From an uncultured Bacilli bacterium (GTDB taxonomy: Bacteria > Bacillota_I > Bacilli_A > RF39 > UBA660), in NCBI GenBank assembly GCA_934153945.1, contig CAKPFM010000001.1, positions 72,128 to 136,127 on the forward strand: DNA of 64,000 bases. Reading direction: 5' to 3'. Made by a program: the position numbers and the translations under genes. How positions within the stretch are numbered: position 1 is the stretch's first letter; every line of letters starts with the position of its first letter. Below the pieces are notes generated by a model. The model saw only the letters and a list, made by a program, of their open reading frames with translations, did no database searches and had not been told where the DNA came from. This document shows, one piece after another, positions 39,989 through 49,655 of this stretch.

Positions 39989-40933
39989 TTAAAATTTACT
40001 TTTTCTATAAACTAATATTGAATCATTTATTGTACTATCTTTAAATTTTATTCCATCAACACCTATGAATGAAAGCAATTGTGGATTATATTCTTGCAAT
40101 ATTTCAAAAGTTTTTTCTAGATTATATATTGGTTTCCAATCTGGGTGGTATGGAGTGTTTCTATCAGTTTTGTATAAATAACTAATAAGAAGTAACCCAT
40201 TATTATTTAAATTTTTTGATATATTATCTATCATTATTTTTAAAAAATGTCTCGAAATATATGTTCCAATATTTGATAACCATATTGAATCAAATTGTTT
40301 ATTCATTTTTACTTTAAATACATCGTCAGTAATAAATTCTAATTTTGTTTTTTTTATTTTTGCTTTTGTTTCGTCATATAATATATCGCTTTGCAAATAA
40401 GGATTGCATCCTACTATCACATCTATTTTATTTTCGTCAGAATAAAATAATTCTTCTCGTATATTCAATCCCTTAAAGTTTGAAAATAATTCATCCCAAA
40501 ATAAATAAGATTCATAATCTAATAATCTTAAAGTAGATATGATTCTTTTATAAATGTCATTATTAAAAACAAATTTATTATTTCTAAATGTTTTATATTT
40601 ATAACTTAAAAATTCTAAAAATTCATTTTTACTTAATTCAAGTAAACAACTTATTTTTAAATAAATATAAAATTTTGCATATGGACAAATATCTAAACAA
40701 GTTACATTTTGACAATCAAATAAACTTGCATTTATAATTTGGTCACCAGATGCTCCAACAGTTAATAATGTTCCATTAGATAAATTAAAATTGTTTATAT
40801 AACCTGCAATATTTTCTGTCGTAAAAGGATAGAGCAATTGAAACTCTTTAGCAATATCTTCTACAAACATCCCATTACATTTATTGATTGCATTCATCAA
40901 AAGTATTTCAAAATTTGAATCTTTTTTATACAT
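39989..40933 (-). CDS. hypothetical protein, 314 aa, possibly a SAM-binding DUF3419/BtaA-like fold
   Basis: Long minus-strand ORF. Segment LLTVGASGDQIINASLFDCQNVTCLDICP loosely resembles a methyltransferase-like motif I. Low-confidence family call. Confidence 0.5.
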   Translation of the reverse strand: MYKKDSNFEILLMNAINKCNGMFVEDIAKEFQLLYPFTTENIAGYINNFNLSNGTLLTVGASGDQIINASLFDCQNVTCLDICPYAKFYIYLKISCLLELSKNEFLEFLSYKYKTFRNNKFVFNNDIYKRIISTLRLLDYESYLFWDELFSNFKGLNIREELFYSDENKIDVIVGCNPYLQSDILYDETKAKIKKTKLEFITDDVFKVKMNKQFDSIWLSNIGTYISRHFLKIMIDNISKNLNNNGLLLISYLYKTDRNTPYHPDWKPIYNLEKTFEILQEYNPQLLSFIGVDGIKFKDSTINDSILVYRKSKF

Positions 40934-41181
40934 TTATCATCACCTCAATAACTTAAAATTGCTTATTATTATATCACATATTTAAACTATTGAATATATC
41001 TAATAAAATATTTAAAATCTATTTATAAATTAGTAGTTAAATAACTTTAAAATTCCTTATATATGGTTTACAATGAAGAAATTTAATCAAAAACAAATTC
41101 GTTAATAATAAAATTAATTTTAAATAAATGATTATCATTTACATTTATATATGATAAAATAATTTTGTTAAAGGAGTAAGT

Positions 41182-42015
41182 ATGGAAAAATATCAAGAAA
41201 TAGAAAGAAGTATAATAAAAAAATATCGAAAAGAAATATGGAGTAAATTTGTAAAAGCTGTAAGTGAATATGAATTAATAAAAGAAAACGATAATATTAT
41301 GGTATGTATTAGTGGAGGAAAAGACTCATTTTTATTAGCAAAATGTATTCAAGAACTACAAAGACATGGTAAATTTAAATTTGACGCTAAATACGTAGTA
41401 ATGAATCCGGGATACACAGGAAAAAATAAAAATCATATAATAAAAAATGCAGAGATTATGAATATACCAATAGAAATATTTGAAAGTGACATATTTGATA
41501 TAGTAGACAAAGTAGATAAAAGTCCATGTTATTTATGTGCTAGAATGAGAAGAGGATGTTTGTATAACAAAGCAAAAGAACTAGGATGCAATAAAATAGC
41601 TTTAGGACATCACTTCAACGATGTAATAGAAACAACACTTTTATCTATATTATATGGAGCTGAAACAAAAACGATGGTTCCAAAATTACATAGTGATAAT
41701 TTTGAAGGCTTAGAATTAATACGACCATTATATTTAGTAAAAGAAGAAGATGTAATATCTTGGAAAAAATTTAACGAATTAAAATTTTTAAATTGTGCTT
41801 GTAAATTTACAGAAGAAAATTACAAAGAAGAAAATAAAACAAGTAAAAGATTAGAAATAAAAAATTTAATAAAACAATTAAAAAAAATAAATCCCGATGT
41901 AGATTACAATATCTTTAAAAGTATGGATAATATTAATTTAAATTGTGTACTAGGATATTCAAAAAATGGCAAAAGAATAGAATTTGTAGATGATTATGAA
42001 AATAGAACTAGATAA
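41182..42015 (+). CDS. PP-loop ATPase, TtcA-like tRNA 2-thiocytidine synthetase family
   Basis: Translation IMVCISGGKDSFLLAKCIQ carries the SGGKDS PP-loop. CYLCARMRRG and a downstream Cys pair are present. Confidence 0.75.
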   Translation: MEKYQEIERSIIKKYRKEIWSKFVKAVSEYELIKENDNIMVCISGGKDSFLLAKCIQELQRHGKFKFDAKYVVMNPGYTGKNKNHIIKNAEIMNIPIEIFESDIFDIVDKVDKSPCYLCARMRRGCLYNKAKELGCNKIALGHHFNDVIETTLLSILYGAETKTMVPKLHSDNFEGLELIRPLYLVKEEDVISWKKFNELKFLNCACKFTEENYKEENKTSKRLEIKNLIKQLKKINPDVDYNIFKSMDNINLNCVLGYSKNGKRIEFVDDYENRTR

Positions 42016-42093
42016 GTTCTATTTTTTGTTAGGGTATTGACAAATTTAATTCATTAGCATATTATTATATAGGGTCAAAAAATAGGTGATGTT

Positions 42094-42543
42094 ATGGAAA
42101 ATATAGTTTTATTCAAAATTAAAGAATTAGACAAAAAAATAGTAAGAACAATATTAAAAGAAAATAGTGATATTAATATATCACCACTTACATCAACACA
42201 AATCCAAATATTAAAATATATGATTGAACATCAAAACGAAGATGTTTATCAAAAAGATTTAGAAAATGTTTTAAATCTAAGAAGAGCAACTGTATCAGGC
42301 GTATTACAAACTATGGAAAAAAATAATTTAATAAAAAGAGAAATATATGAAAATGATGTAAGAGTAAAAAAAATAATACTAAATGAAAAAACAAAAAGTA
42401 TATTTTTAAAAAATAAACAAAAAATAGATGAAATAGAAAAAAATATAACAAAAAATATATCTAAAAAAGACCTAAATGATTTTATAAAAGTAATTGATAA
42501 ATTGATAACTAATTTAAATGAATATGAGAAAGGAAATGATTAA
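42094..42543 (+). CDS. MarR-family transcriptional regulator
   Basis: 149-aa winged-HTH (..LTSTQIQILKYMIEH...DLENVLNLRRATVSGVLQTMEKNNLIKRE..) directly upstream of an ABC exporter pair. Confidence 0.75.
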   Translation: MENIVLFKIKELDKKIVRTILKENSDINISPLTSTQIQILKYMIEHQNEDVYQKDLENVLNLRRATVSGVLQTMEKNNLIKREIYENDVRVKKIILNEKTKSIFLKNKQKIDEIEKNITKNISKKDLNDFIKVIDKLITNLNEYEKGND

Positions 42544-42544
42544 T

Positions 42545-44308
42545 ATGTTAAAATTATTAAAAAATTTTACTAAAAAAGAATGGCTATTTGTACTTATAAG
42601 TTTTATTTTAATATTTTCACAAGTTTGGCTAGAATTAAAAATGCCAGATTATATGTCAGAAATAACTGTATTAGTACAAACAGAAGGAAGCAGTATGTCA
42701 GATATTATAAGAAATGGAATGTATATGTTAGCATGTGCATTTGGTTCTTTATTATCTTCAATTATAGTAGGATATATAATTGCTAATATATCAGCAACAT
42801 TCTCTTTAAAAACAAGAAAAAAACTATTTGATAAAGTAGAAAACTTATCTATGCAAGAAGTAAAACAATTTTCTACTAGTAGTTTAATTACAAGAACTAC
42901 AAACGATATAACACAAATAGAAATGATTATTGGTATGGGATTACAATTATTGATAAAAGCTCCAATAACTGCTATTTGGGCTGTAACAAAAATATTAAAT
43001 AAAAATTGGGAATGGAGCCTAATAACTGCTATCGCTGTATTAATATTATTAACAACTATAGGAATTTTAACTATAATAGTAATGCCAAAATTTAAAGTAG
43101 TACAAAAATTAACCGATAATTTAAATGGTGTTACAAGAGAAAATTTAAATGGTATTAGAGTAGTAAGAGCTTTTAATGCTGAAGCATATCAAGAAAATAA
43201 ATTTAATGAAGTAAATAATAAATTAACAAAACAACAACTATTCAACCAAAAAACATTTGCTATAATGTCTCCAATAATGTATTTGGTAATGTATATGTTA
43301 ACACTTTCTATATATTTTGTTGGGGCATACCTAATAAAAGATACTTTAATGGTAGATAAATTAAGTTTATTTGGTGATATGGTAGTATTTTCATCATATG
43401 CTATGCAAGTAATAATGTCATTTTTAATGCTTGCTATGATATTTATGATGTTACCTAGAGCACAGGTATCAGCTAAGCGTATCAATGAAGTTTTAGATAC
43501 AGAAGTAAATATAAAAGATGGAACTAAAACAAAAGGAAAAGAAATTGGTACAGTAGAATTTAAAAATGTATCATTTAAATATCCAGATGCTGAAGAATGT
43601 ATTATAAATAATATTTCATTTAAAGCAAATAAAGGTGAAACTGTAGCATTCATAGGATCAACAGGTAGTGGTAAATCAACTTTAATTAATCTAGTACCAA
43701 GATTTTATGATGTAACAGAAGGTGAAGTATTAATAGATGGAATAAATGTGAAAGATTATAAATTAGAAAGTTTATATAATAAAATAGGATATGTTCCACA
43801 AAAAGCAGTTATGTTTAATGGAACAGTATCATCAAATGTTTCATATGGCAAAGGTTCTAAAAAAGTAACAACTGATAAAATAAAAGAAGCTATAAAAGTA
43901 GCTCAAGGTAAAGAATTTGTAGAAAAGTTAGATAAACAATATGAGGCTCATATAGCCCAAGGTGGAACTAATGTTAGTGGAGGTCAAAAACAAAGACTAG
44001 CAATAGCTCGTGCAATAGCAAGAGATCCAGAAATATATATATTTGATGATTCATTCTCAGCACTTGATTATAAAACAGATGCAGTTCTTAGAAAAGAATT
44101 AAAAAAATATACAAAAGATGCTACATCTTTAATAGTAGCGCAAAGAATAGGTACTATTATGAATGCTGATAAAATTATAGTATTAGATAATGGTAATTGT
44201 GTTGGTATGGGAACACATGAAGAATTATTAAAAAACTGTGAAGTATATAAACAAATAGCATTATCTCAACTATCAAAGGAGGAACTAGAAAATGGCAAAA
44301 GAAAATAA
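42545..44308 (+). CDS. ABC transporter permease/ATP-binding protein (multidrug-exporter type, heterodimer half 1)
   Basis: Six TM helices, then Walker A GSTGSGKST, signature VSGGQKQRLAIARA and Walker B IYIFDDSFSALD. Confidence 0.9.
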   Translation: MLKLLKNFTKKEWLFVLISFILIFSQVWLELKMPDYMSEITVLVQTEGSSMSDIIRNGMYMLACAFGSLLSSIIVGYIIANISATFSLKTRKKLFDKVENLSMQEVKQFSTSSLITRTTNDITQIEMIIGMGLQLLIKAPITAIWAVTKILNKNWEWSLITAIAVLILLTTIGILTIIVMPKFKVVQKLTDNLNGVTRENLNGIRVVRAFNAEAYQENKFNEVNNKLTKQQLFNQKTFAIMSPIMYLVMYMLTLSIYFVGAYLIKDTLMVDKLSLFGDMVVFSSYAMQVIMSFLMLAMIFMMLPRAQVSAKRINEVLDTEVNIKDGTKTKGKEIGTVEFKNVSFKYPDAEECIINNISFKANKGETVAFIGSTGSGKSTLINLVPRFYDVTEGEVLIDGINVKDYKLESLYNKIGYVPQKAVMFNGTVSSNVSYGKGSKKVTTDKIKEAIKVAQGKEFVEKLDKQYEAHIAQGGTNVSGGQKQRLAIARAIARDPEIYIFDDSFSALDYKTDAVLRKELKKYTKDATSLIVAQRIGTIMNADKIIVLDNGNCVGMGTHEELLKNCEVYKQIALSQLSKEELENGKRK

Positions 44309-46313
44309 TCAAAGACATATGCCAGGACCTGGAATGCATAGTACTGAAAAAGCTAAAGACTTTAAATCAGCTATGAAACGATTATTAAAAGAATTAAAAA
44401 GTTATCAGGTTTTGATATATATATCACTTATTTTAGCAGCATTAGGTTCTATTTTATCAATAATGGCACCTAATAAATTATCTAAACTAACTGATGAAAT
44501 ATCAAAAGGTTTAATAGTGAATAAAGATAATTTTGAAACTTTAAATAAAACAATATATGAGTCAATTCCTAATTTTAAGGAAATTGAAATAGATGGAGTA
44601 GTAATTTCAGTAGAAGATCAAATTTCATATATGAATGAAATGAAAGATTTAAATGAATCAAGTAGTGCAAGTGAACTATATTCTAAGATAGATAATTTAC
44701 CAGACAGTATAAAAAGTGTTGTAAAACCATTTATGGATATAGATAAGATTAAACAAATAGCTATCTTTTTAATCACATTATACTTATGTAGTGCTTTATT
44801 TACATATATTGAATCAATATCAATGACAGATGTTTCAAATAAGTTTGCTAATAAATTAAGAAGTAGTATATCTAAAAAAATAAATAAATTACCTTTAAAA
44901 TATTTTGATAATCATGCAGTAGGGGATACTTTATCTAGAGTTACTAATGATGTTGATACTATTGCTCAGTCAATGAATAATTCATTAGCAACTTTAGTAA
45001 GTGCTGTTACACTATTTATTGGTTCTATTATAATGATGTTTTATACTAACTGGATAATGGCTTTAACAGCAATATTTTCAAGTTTATTTGGATTTATGTT
45101 TATGTTTGCAGTACTTGGAAAATCTCAAAAATATTTTGCAGAAAGACAAACAGAATTAGGAAATTTAAATGGACATATTGAAGAAGTTTATTCAGGCCTT
45201 AATGTAGTTAAAGCATATAATGGAAAAAATGAAGCAGATGAAAAATTCGATTTATATAATAAAAAAGTATATGAAGCAAATAGAAAAAGTCAATTTTTAT
45301 CTGGGCTAATGCCACCTATGATGAATTTTATTGGTAATTTTGGTTATGTTGCTGTATGTATTGTAGGTGCTTTATTAGCAATGAACAATTATATTAGTTT
45401 TGGTGTAATTGTAGCATTTATTGCTTATGTAAGATTATTTACATCACCACTTTCTCAAATAGCACAAGCAATGACTTCTTTCCAATCTACAGCAGCAGCT
45501 AGTGAAAGAGTATTTGAATTTATTGATGAACCTGAAATGGCTAATCAAGATAATATTAAAAAACATTTAAATAAAACAAAAGTAAAAGGGAAAATAGAAT
45601 TTGAAAATGTAACATTTACATATGATGGAAATGAATCTCCAACTATTAAAGGTTTTAGCGCTAAAGCGTTGCCTGGAGAAAAAATAGCAATAGTAGGGCC
45701 AACTGGAGCAGGTAAAACTACTATGGTTAATTTACTTATGAAGTTTTATGATATTACATCAGGAGATATTAAAATTGATGATGTTTCTATTAGCAATTTA
45801 ACTAGAGAAAATATTCATGAATTATTTACAATGGTATTACAAGATACATGGTTATTTAATGGTACAATTAAAGAAAATATTGTTTATAATCGCAGTAATG
45901 TAAGTGATGAAGAAGTAGAAAAAGTTTGCAAGATTGTAGGTTTAGATCATTTTATTAAAACTTTACCAAATGGCTATGATTCTTATATAAATGACAATGA
46001 TAGTGTATCAGCTGGTCAAAGACAACTTTTAACTATTGCTAGAGGTATGTTAGAAAATGCTCCTTTCTTAATTTTAGATGAAGCAACTTCTAATGTTGAT
46101 ACTAGAACAGAAGAATTAGTATCTAGTGCAATGGATAAATTAACTGAAGGTAAAACTTCATTTATAATAGCTCATAGATTATCTACAATTAAAAATGCCG
46201 ATTTAATATTAGTTATGAAAGATGGAAATATTATCGAACAAGGTAATCATGAAGAATTAATGAAACAAAAAGGTTTTTATTCTGAGTTATATAATTCACA
46301 ATTTGAATTATAA
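44292..46313 (+). CDS. ABC transporter permease/ATP-binding protein (heterodimer half 2)
   Basis: TM domain, then Walker A GPTGAGKTT, signature SAGQRQLLTIARG and Walker B ILDEATSNVD. Overlaps the upstream gene by 17 nt. Confidence 0.9.
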   Translation: MAKENNQRHMPGPGMHSTEKAKDFKSAMKRLLKELKSYQVLIYISLILAALGSILSIMAPNKLSKLTDEISKGLIVNKDNFETLNKTIYESIPNFKEIEIDGVVISVEDQISYMNEMKDLNESSSASELYSKIDNLPDSIKSVVKPFMDIDKIKQIAIFLITLYLCSALFTYIESISMTDVSNKFANKLRSSISKKINKLPLKYFDNHAVGDTLSRVTNDVDTIAQSMNNSLATLVSAVTLFIGSIIMMFYTNWIMALTAIFSSLFGFMFMFAVLGKSQKYFAERQTELGNLNGHIEEVYSGLNVVKAYNGKNEADEKFDLYNKKVYEANRKSQFLSGLMPPMMNFIGNFGYVAVCIVGALLAMNNYISFGVIVAFIAYVRLFTSPLSQIAQAMTSFQSTAAASERVFEFIDEPEMANQDNIKKHLNKTKVKGKIEFENVTFTYDGNESPTIKGFSAKALPGEKIAIVGPTGAGKTTMVNLLMKFYDITSGDIKIDDVSISNLTRENIHELFTMVLQDTWLFNGTIKENIVYNRSNVSDEEVEKVCKIVGLDHFIKTLPNGYDSYINDNDSVSAGQRQLLTIARGMLENAPFLILDEATSNVDTRTEELVSSAMDKLTEGKTSFIIAHRLSTIKNADLILVMKDGNIIEQGNHEELMKQKGFYSELYNSQFEL

Positions 46314-46384
46314 GAGATTAAAAATCTTTTTTCTCTTTATTTCAAATTATTTTTATGATAAAATTAGTAGTAGGAGAGTGTAGT

Positions 46385-46921
46385 ATGGAAAAAATCAATG
46401 AGTTTTTTAAATCAAATATATTTTCATCAATTTTACTATTTATTTTAGGATTTATTTTGACAATAAAACCTGATACAGTTATTTCTATAATTGCTTATGC
46501 AGTAGCTATTATTTTGCTTGCTGTAGGGCTTAATGCTATTATTAAGTATGTTCAAGATAATAATCAAAGATATAATTTATTTGGTGGTATTATATCTTTA
46601 ACAGCATCAGTATTTTTGTTTTTTAAATATGAAATGGTTGTTTCTTTTATTCCATTTTTAATAGGATTATATATTATAATTAATAGTGCATTAAGAATAG
46701 AGTATATATTTAGATTGAAAAGTGAAAATAATCCAAAATACATGAATATGTTAGTAACAGTAATATTAAGTTTTATATGTGGTTTATTTTTAGTATTTAA
46801 TCCTTTTTCATCAACTTTAACAATTACTAGAATAGTTGGTATATTTATTATGATTTATTCTATAATGGATATTTATCAAACTCATGTTTTAAGAAAAGAA
46901 ATAGAAAATTTTATTAAATAA
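46385..46921 (+). CDS. small polytopic membrane protein, DUF308/HdeD-like
   Basis: Repeated TM hairpins. The family call is weak. Confidence 0.45.
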   Translation: MEKINEFFKSNIFSSILLFILGFILTIKPDTVISIIAYAVAIILLAVGLNAIIKYVQDNNQRYNLFGGIISLTASVFLFFKYEMVVSFIPFLIGLYIIINSALRIEYIFRLKSENNPKYMNMLVTVILSFICGLFLVFNPFSSTLTITRIVGIFIMIYSIMDIYQTHVLRKEIENFIK

Positions 46922-46989
46922 AATTTATTTAAAAATAAAGGCATTTTAAATTATATAAACAAAAATTATTAAAATTGTTAAATTTTATA

Positions 46990-47017
46990 TTGACATTATC
47001 ATAAAATATAGTATAAT
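46990..47017 (+). promoter_or_regulatory. consensus sigma-A promoter driving tRNA-Gly
   Basis: TTGACA-N16-TATAAT ending about 20 nt upstream of the tRNA 5' end. Confidence 0.55.
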
Positions 47018-47036
47018 TAAAAGTGCCTACTGAAGT

Positions 47037-47110
47037 GCAGATGTAGTTTAATGGTAGAACCTCAGCCTTCCAAGCTGACTGCGTGAGTTCGATTCTCATC
47101 ATCTGCTCCA
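47037..47110 (+). tRNA. tRNA-Gly, anticodon TCC
   Basis: Manual fold: acceptor GCAGATG/CATCTGC, D arm GTTT..GAAC, anticodon arm TCAGC-CTTCCAA-GCTGA, T arm GTGAG-TTCGATT-CTCAT, then discriminator T and CCA. Confidence 0.85.
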
Positions 47111-47119
47111 TATGAAATT

Positions 47120-47147
47120 AACAGACATTATAGTGTCTGTTTTTTTG
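47120..47147 (+). terminator. terminator after tRNA-Gly
   Basis: ACAGACAT..GTGTCTGT followed by a 7-T run. Confidence 0.65.
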
Positions 47148-47221
47148 TATTTATTCTACGCAGTCAGCTTGGAAAATACCAAATAAAAAATATTAAAATA
47201 TTTGATATTTTTACCATTAAA

Positions 47222-47533
47222 CTACATCTTTTTATTAATTACTTTATTGTTCATATATTCAATTATATCGTCAAAAATGCTATACCATTTTATTTGAACA
47301 CAAAATCTTTTTTTATCATATTTAGGATTATAATTTAGATTTCTAGTCATAGGTTGACAATATAAATTAGCAAAATGAACTCCAGTTGAATAAATATTTC
47401 TTTTTGAAAATATTATCTTGTCAATTTCATATCTTGTAATAAACAAAAAGTCATCTACAGTACCATAGATGATAGCATCTATACATTCATTAGAATTTTT
47501 TTCATATAGCGCATATATAAAATCTTTAAACAA
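47222..47533 (-). pseudogene. internally deleted copy (103 aa) of the 253-aa gene at 48593..49354
   Basis: N-terminus MFKDFIYALYEKNSNECIDAIIYG fuses residues ~28-40 (..LFKDFIYALYGKN..) to residues ~178-190 (..QGKNSNECIDAIIYG..) of the full paralog. The rest is ~90% identical. It has a start and a stop, so it might still be expressed. Confidence 0.55.
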
Positions 47534-47670
47534 GGGTTTAATGATCTAATTTTACAGACATTAAATAACAGGAAAATTTATAAAACTTGTTATAAAACTG
47601 ATACATGAGTAAATATGCTTTATTGCTAAAAATGGTTAAATTATGATAAAATATATTTAGGTGGTTACTT

Positions 47671-48309
47671 ATGAGAAAGATATTTTTGTATTTATATCCT
47701 GTTCATGAATATAATCATTCTTTTGAATTTTCAGAAGAATATTTACAACAAATGGAAAGAGAAAATCCATATAAAGTATTAAATCAATGTATACAAAAAA
47801 GGTATAGAGAAAAAGGATATCAAATTGTTTATGCAATGTATCCAGATAAAAATATTTACGGAATTAATCCTTTACCTACTGATAAAATAATTTATACTGA
47901 TGTAACTTTTGAACAAGCTAGTGGTTATAATCAAAATGGTAGTGAAAAGCGAGATAAAGATATTAAATATCCTAGTGAAAAATATTTAATAGAACAATTA
48001 GGAGACTTTGATGAAATAGTAATTGGTGGATTTCACTTTGGAGATTGTGTTAAAAAAGTTGCTGAATATTGTTATCAAAGTGGATTTTCTACTCTTGTAG
48101 ATTTAGATTTAACTGATTTATTTTTTAATATTTATCATAAAAAGGATTACTTTAAAATAGATGAGTATAATCCACAAAACTATAAAAATTATGTATTATT
48201 AAATAGTCGATTTAAAAATAAGGAAATGGCTGAAAGATTATTTGAAAGAAATTATAATAGCCCTGTTTATGGATTTGAAAATGTTGAAGAAAAAAGAAAA
48301 CTTAAATAA
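47671..48309 (+). CDS. hypothetical protein, 212 aa
   Basis: ORF with RBS AGGTGG. A weak resemblance of DEIVIGGFHFGDCVKKVAEY to isochorismatase-like folds is not enough to call. Confidence 0.45.
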   Translation: MRKIFLYLYPVHEYNHSFEFSEEYLQQMERENPYKVLNQCIQKRYREKGYQIVYAMYPDKNIYGINPLPTDKIIYTDVTFEQASGYNQNGSEKRDKDIKYPSEKYLIEQLGDFDEIVIGGFHFGDCVKKVAEYCYQSGFSTLVDLDLTDLFFNIYHKKDYFKIDEYNPQNYKNYVLLNSRFKNKEMAERLFERNYNSPVYGFENVEEKRKLK

Positions 48310-48460
48310 TAAAAATATATAAGGTATACTAAAATTATATTAGTTGTTTTTAAGAAGAAGTTTTATGGACAAAATTGTGGAGAAAATTAGTTAACAAACT
48401 AAAATATTGTTGGTTTAATAAAAAATAGATGATAGAAGATATATTTTGATAAAAGGTTTA

Positions 48461-48552
48461 AAGCTTTCCTATCAAATGGTCCATATAAAATTAACAGACT
48501 TTATATAGTCTGTTTTTTGTATTTATTCTACGCAGTCAGCTTGGAAAGTATA
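48461..48552 (+). repeat. direct repeat of the tRNA-Gly 3' end and its downstream terminator region (att-like junction)
   Basis: TCCTATCAAATGGTCCATAT matches the tRNA 3' end TCTCATCATCTGCTCCATAT at 15 of 20 positions. It is followed by a near-identical copy of 47111..47175 and then a copy of the 47190..47350 region. Confidence 0.55.
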
Positions 48553-48592
48553 AAATATCAATACAGAAATATTAAATATTTTTACCATTAAA

Positions 48593-49354
48593 CTACATCT
48601 TTTTATTAATTACTTTATTGTTCATATATTCAATTATATCGTCAAAAATGCTATACCATTTTATTTGAACACAAAATCTTTTTTTATCATATTTAGGATT
48701 ATAATTTAGATTTCTAGTCATAGGTTGACAATATAAATTAGCAAAATGTATTCCTGTTGAATAAATATCTTTTTTAGAAATTATTATCTCTTCAATTTCT
48801 TCTTTAGTAATAAACAAAAAGTCATCTACAGTACCATATATAATAGCGTCTATACATTCATTTGAATTTTTACCTTGTAAAATAAATCTATTGATTGCTC
48901 TTTTTATGATATATTCATTATTTAAAGCAATATTTATTTTATCAATTTTATCTTGATTATTAATTTTATATTCATATCCTGATATTCTATTTGCGCCAGT
49001 TCCATTAGTTGTACCATCAGCATAGTGATATTTTAAATATTCAATTATATTTTCTTTTGAAATACCAGAATCTATTAAAAAATGAATAAAACTAGATATT
49101 CCTTCAACATGAACTGAATTATTTATACCTTTTTTAATACTTATTTTTTTGATACAATCATTTATATTTATAATTAAATCATATTTTTTCTTATCATAAT
49201 CAACTTTACATTTTATTCTAGAATTTTCATTTAAATTTTTTCCATATAGAGCATATATAAAATCTTTAAATAAAGGGGTTAATGATTTAATTTTACAACC
49301 ATTTAAATAACAAGAAAATTTATGTTCATTTTCAAAACCTGTTACTTCATTCAT
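48593..49354 (-). CDS. hypothetical protein, 253 aa, full-length member of the duplicated family
   Basis: Long ORF. Its C-terminal 90 aa are nearly identical to 47222..47533. No confident family; no Cys/His nuclease motifs. Confidence 0.55.
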   Translation of the reverse strand: MNEVTGFENEHKFSCYLNGCKIKSLTPLFKDFIYALYGKNLNENSRIKCKVDYDKKKYDLIININDCIKKISIKKGINNSVHVEGISSFIHFLIDSGISKENIIEYLKYHYADGTTNGTGANRISGYEYKINNQDKIDKINIALNNEYIIKRAINRFILQGKNSNECIDAIIYGTVDDFLFITKEEIEEIIISKKDIYSTGIHFANLYCQPMTRNLNYNPKYDKKRFCVQIKWYSIFDDIIEYMNNKVINKKM

Positions 49355-49410
49355 TTAATATCATCTCCTCGAAATGTTTAAAAAATATTATAATATTATA
49401 AAAAAATAAA

Positions 49411-49479
49411 ATCAATCAAATTCAAAATACAAAAATCGACAACTATATATTGTCGAACTATGTAAAATATAATATTATT
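49411..49479. repeat. ~70-bp intergenic repeat, copy 1, with palindromic core CGACAA-ctatatat-TTGTCG
   Basis: Near-identical to 56590..56657 (..tcaacaactacatatattgtctaactatgtaaaatataatatta..). Confidence 0.5.
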
Positions 49480-49655
49480 GAATTCTATAAAATACTAAAT
49501 GATATGAATATAAGTACTTCCAATTATTAAAAATCAAAATAAGAATATCATATTAAAAATTATGTTTATAATAGAGTGGTATGGAACACGTTATAACATA
49601 GCAAATAAAAGAATAGAAAAAAATCATTAGTATTTGAATTAATTATTTTATATTT

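Noticed and set aside
42580-42786. 68-aa plus-strand ORF
   Set aside because: It lies entirely within the first ABC transporter gene in another frame.
46929-47111. 60-aa minus-strand ORF
   Set aside because: It overlaps the tRNA-Gly gene and its consensus promoter.
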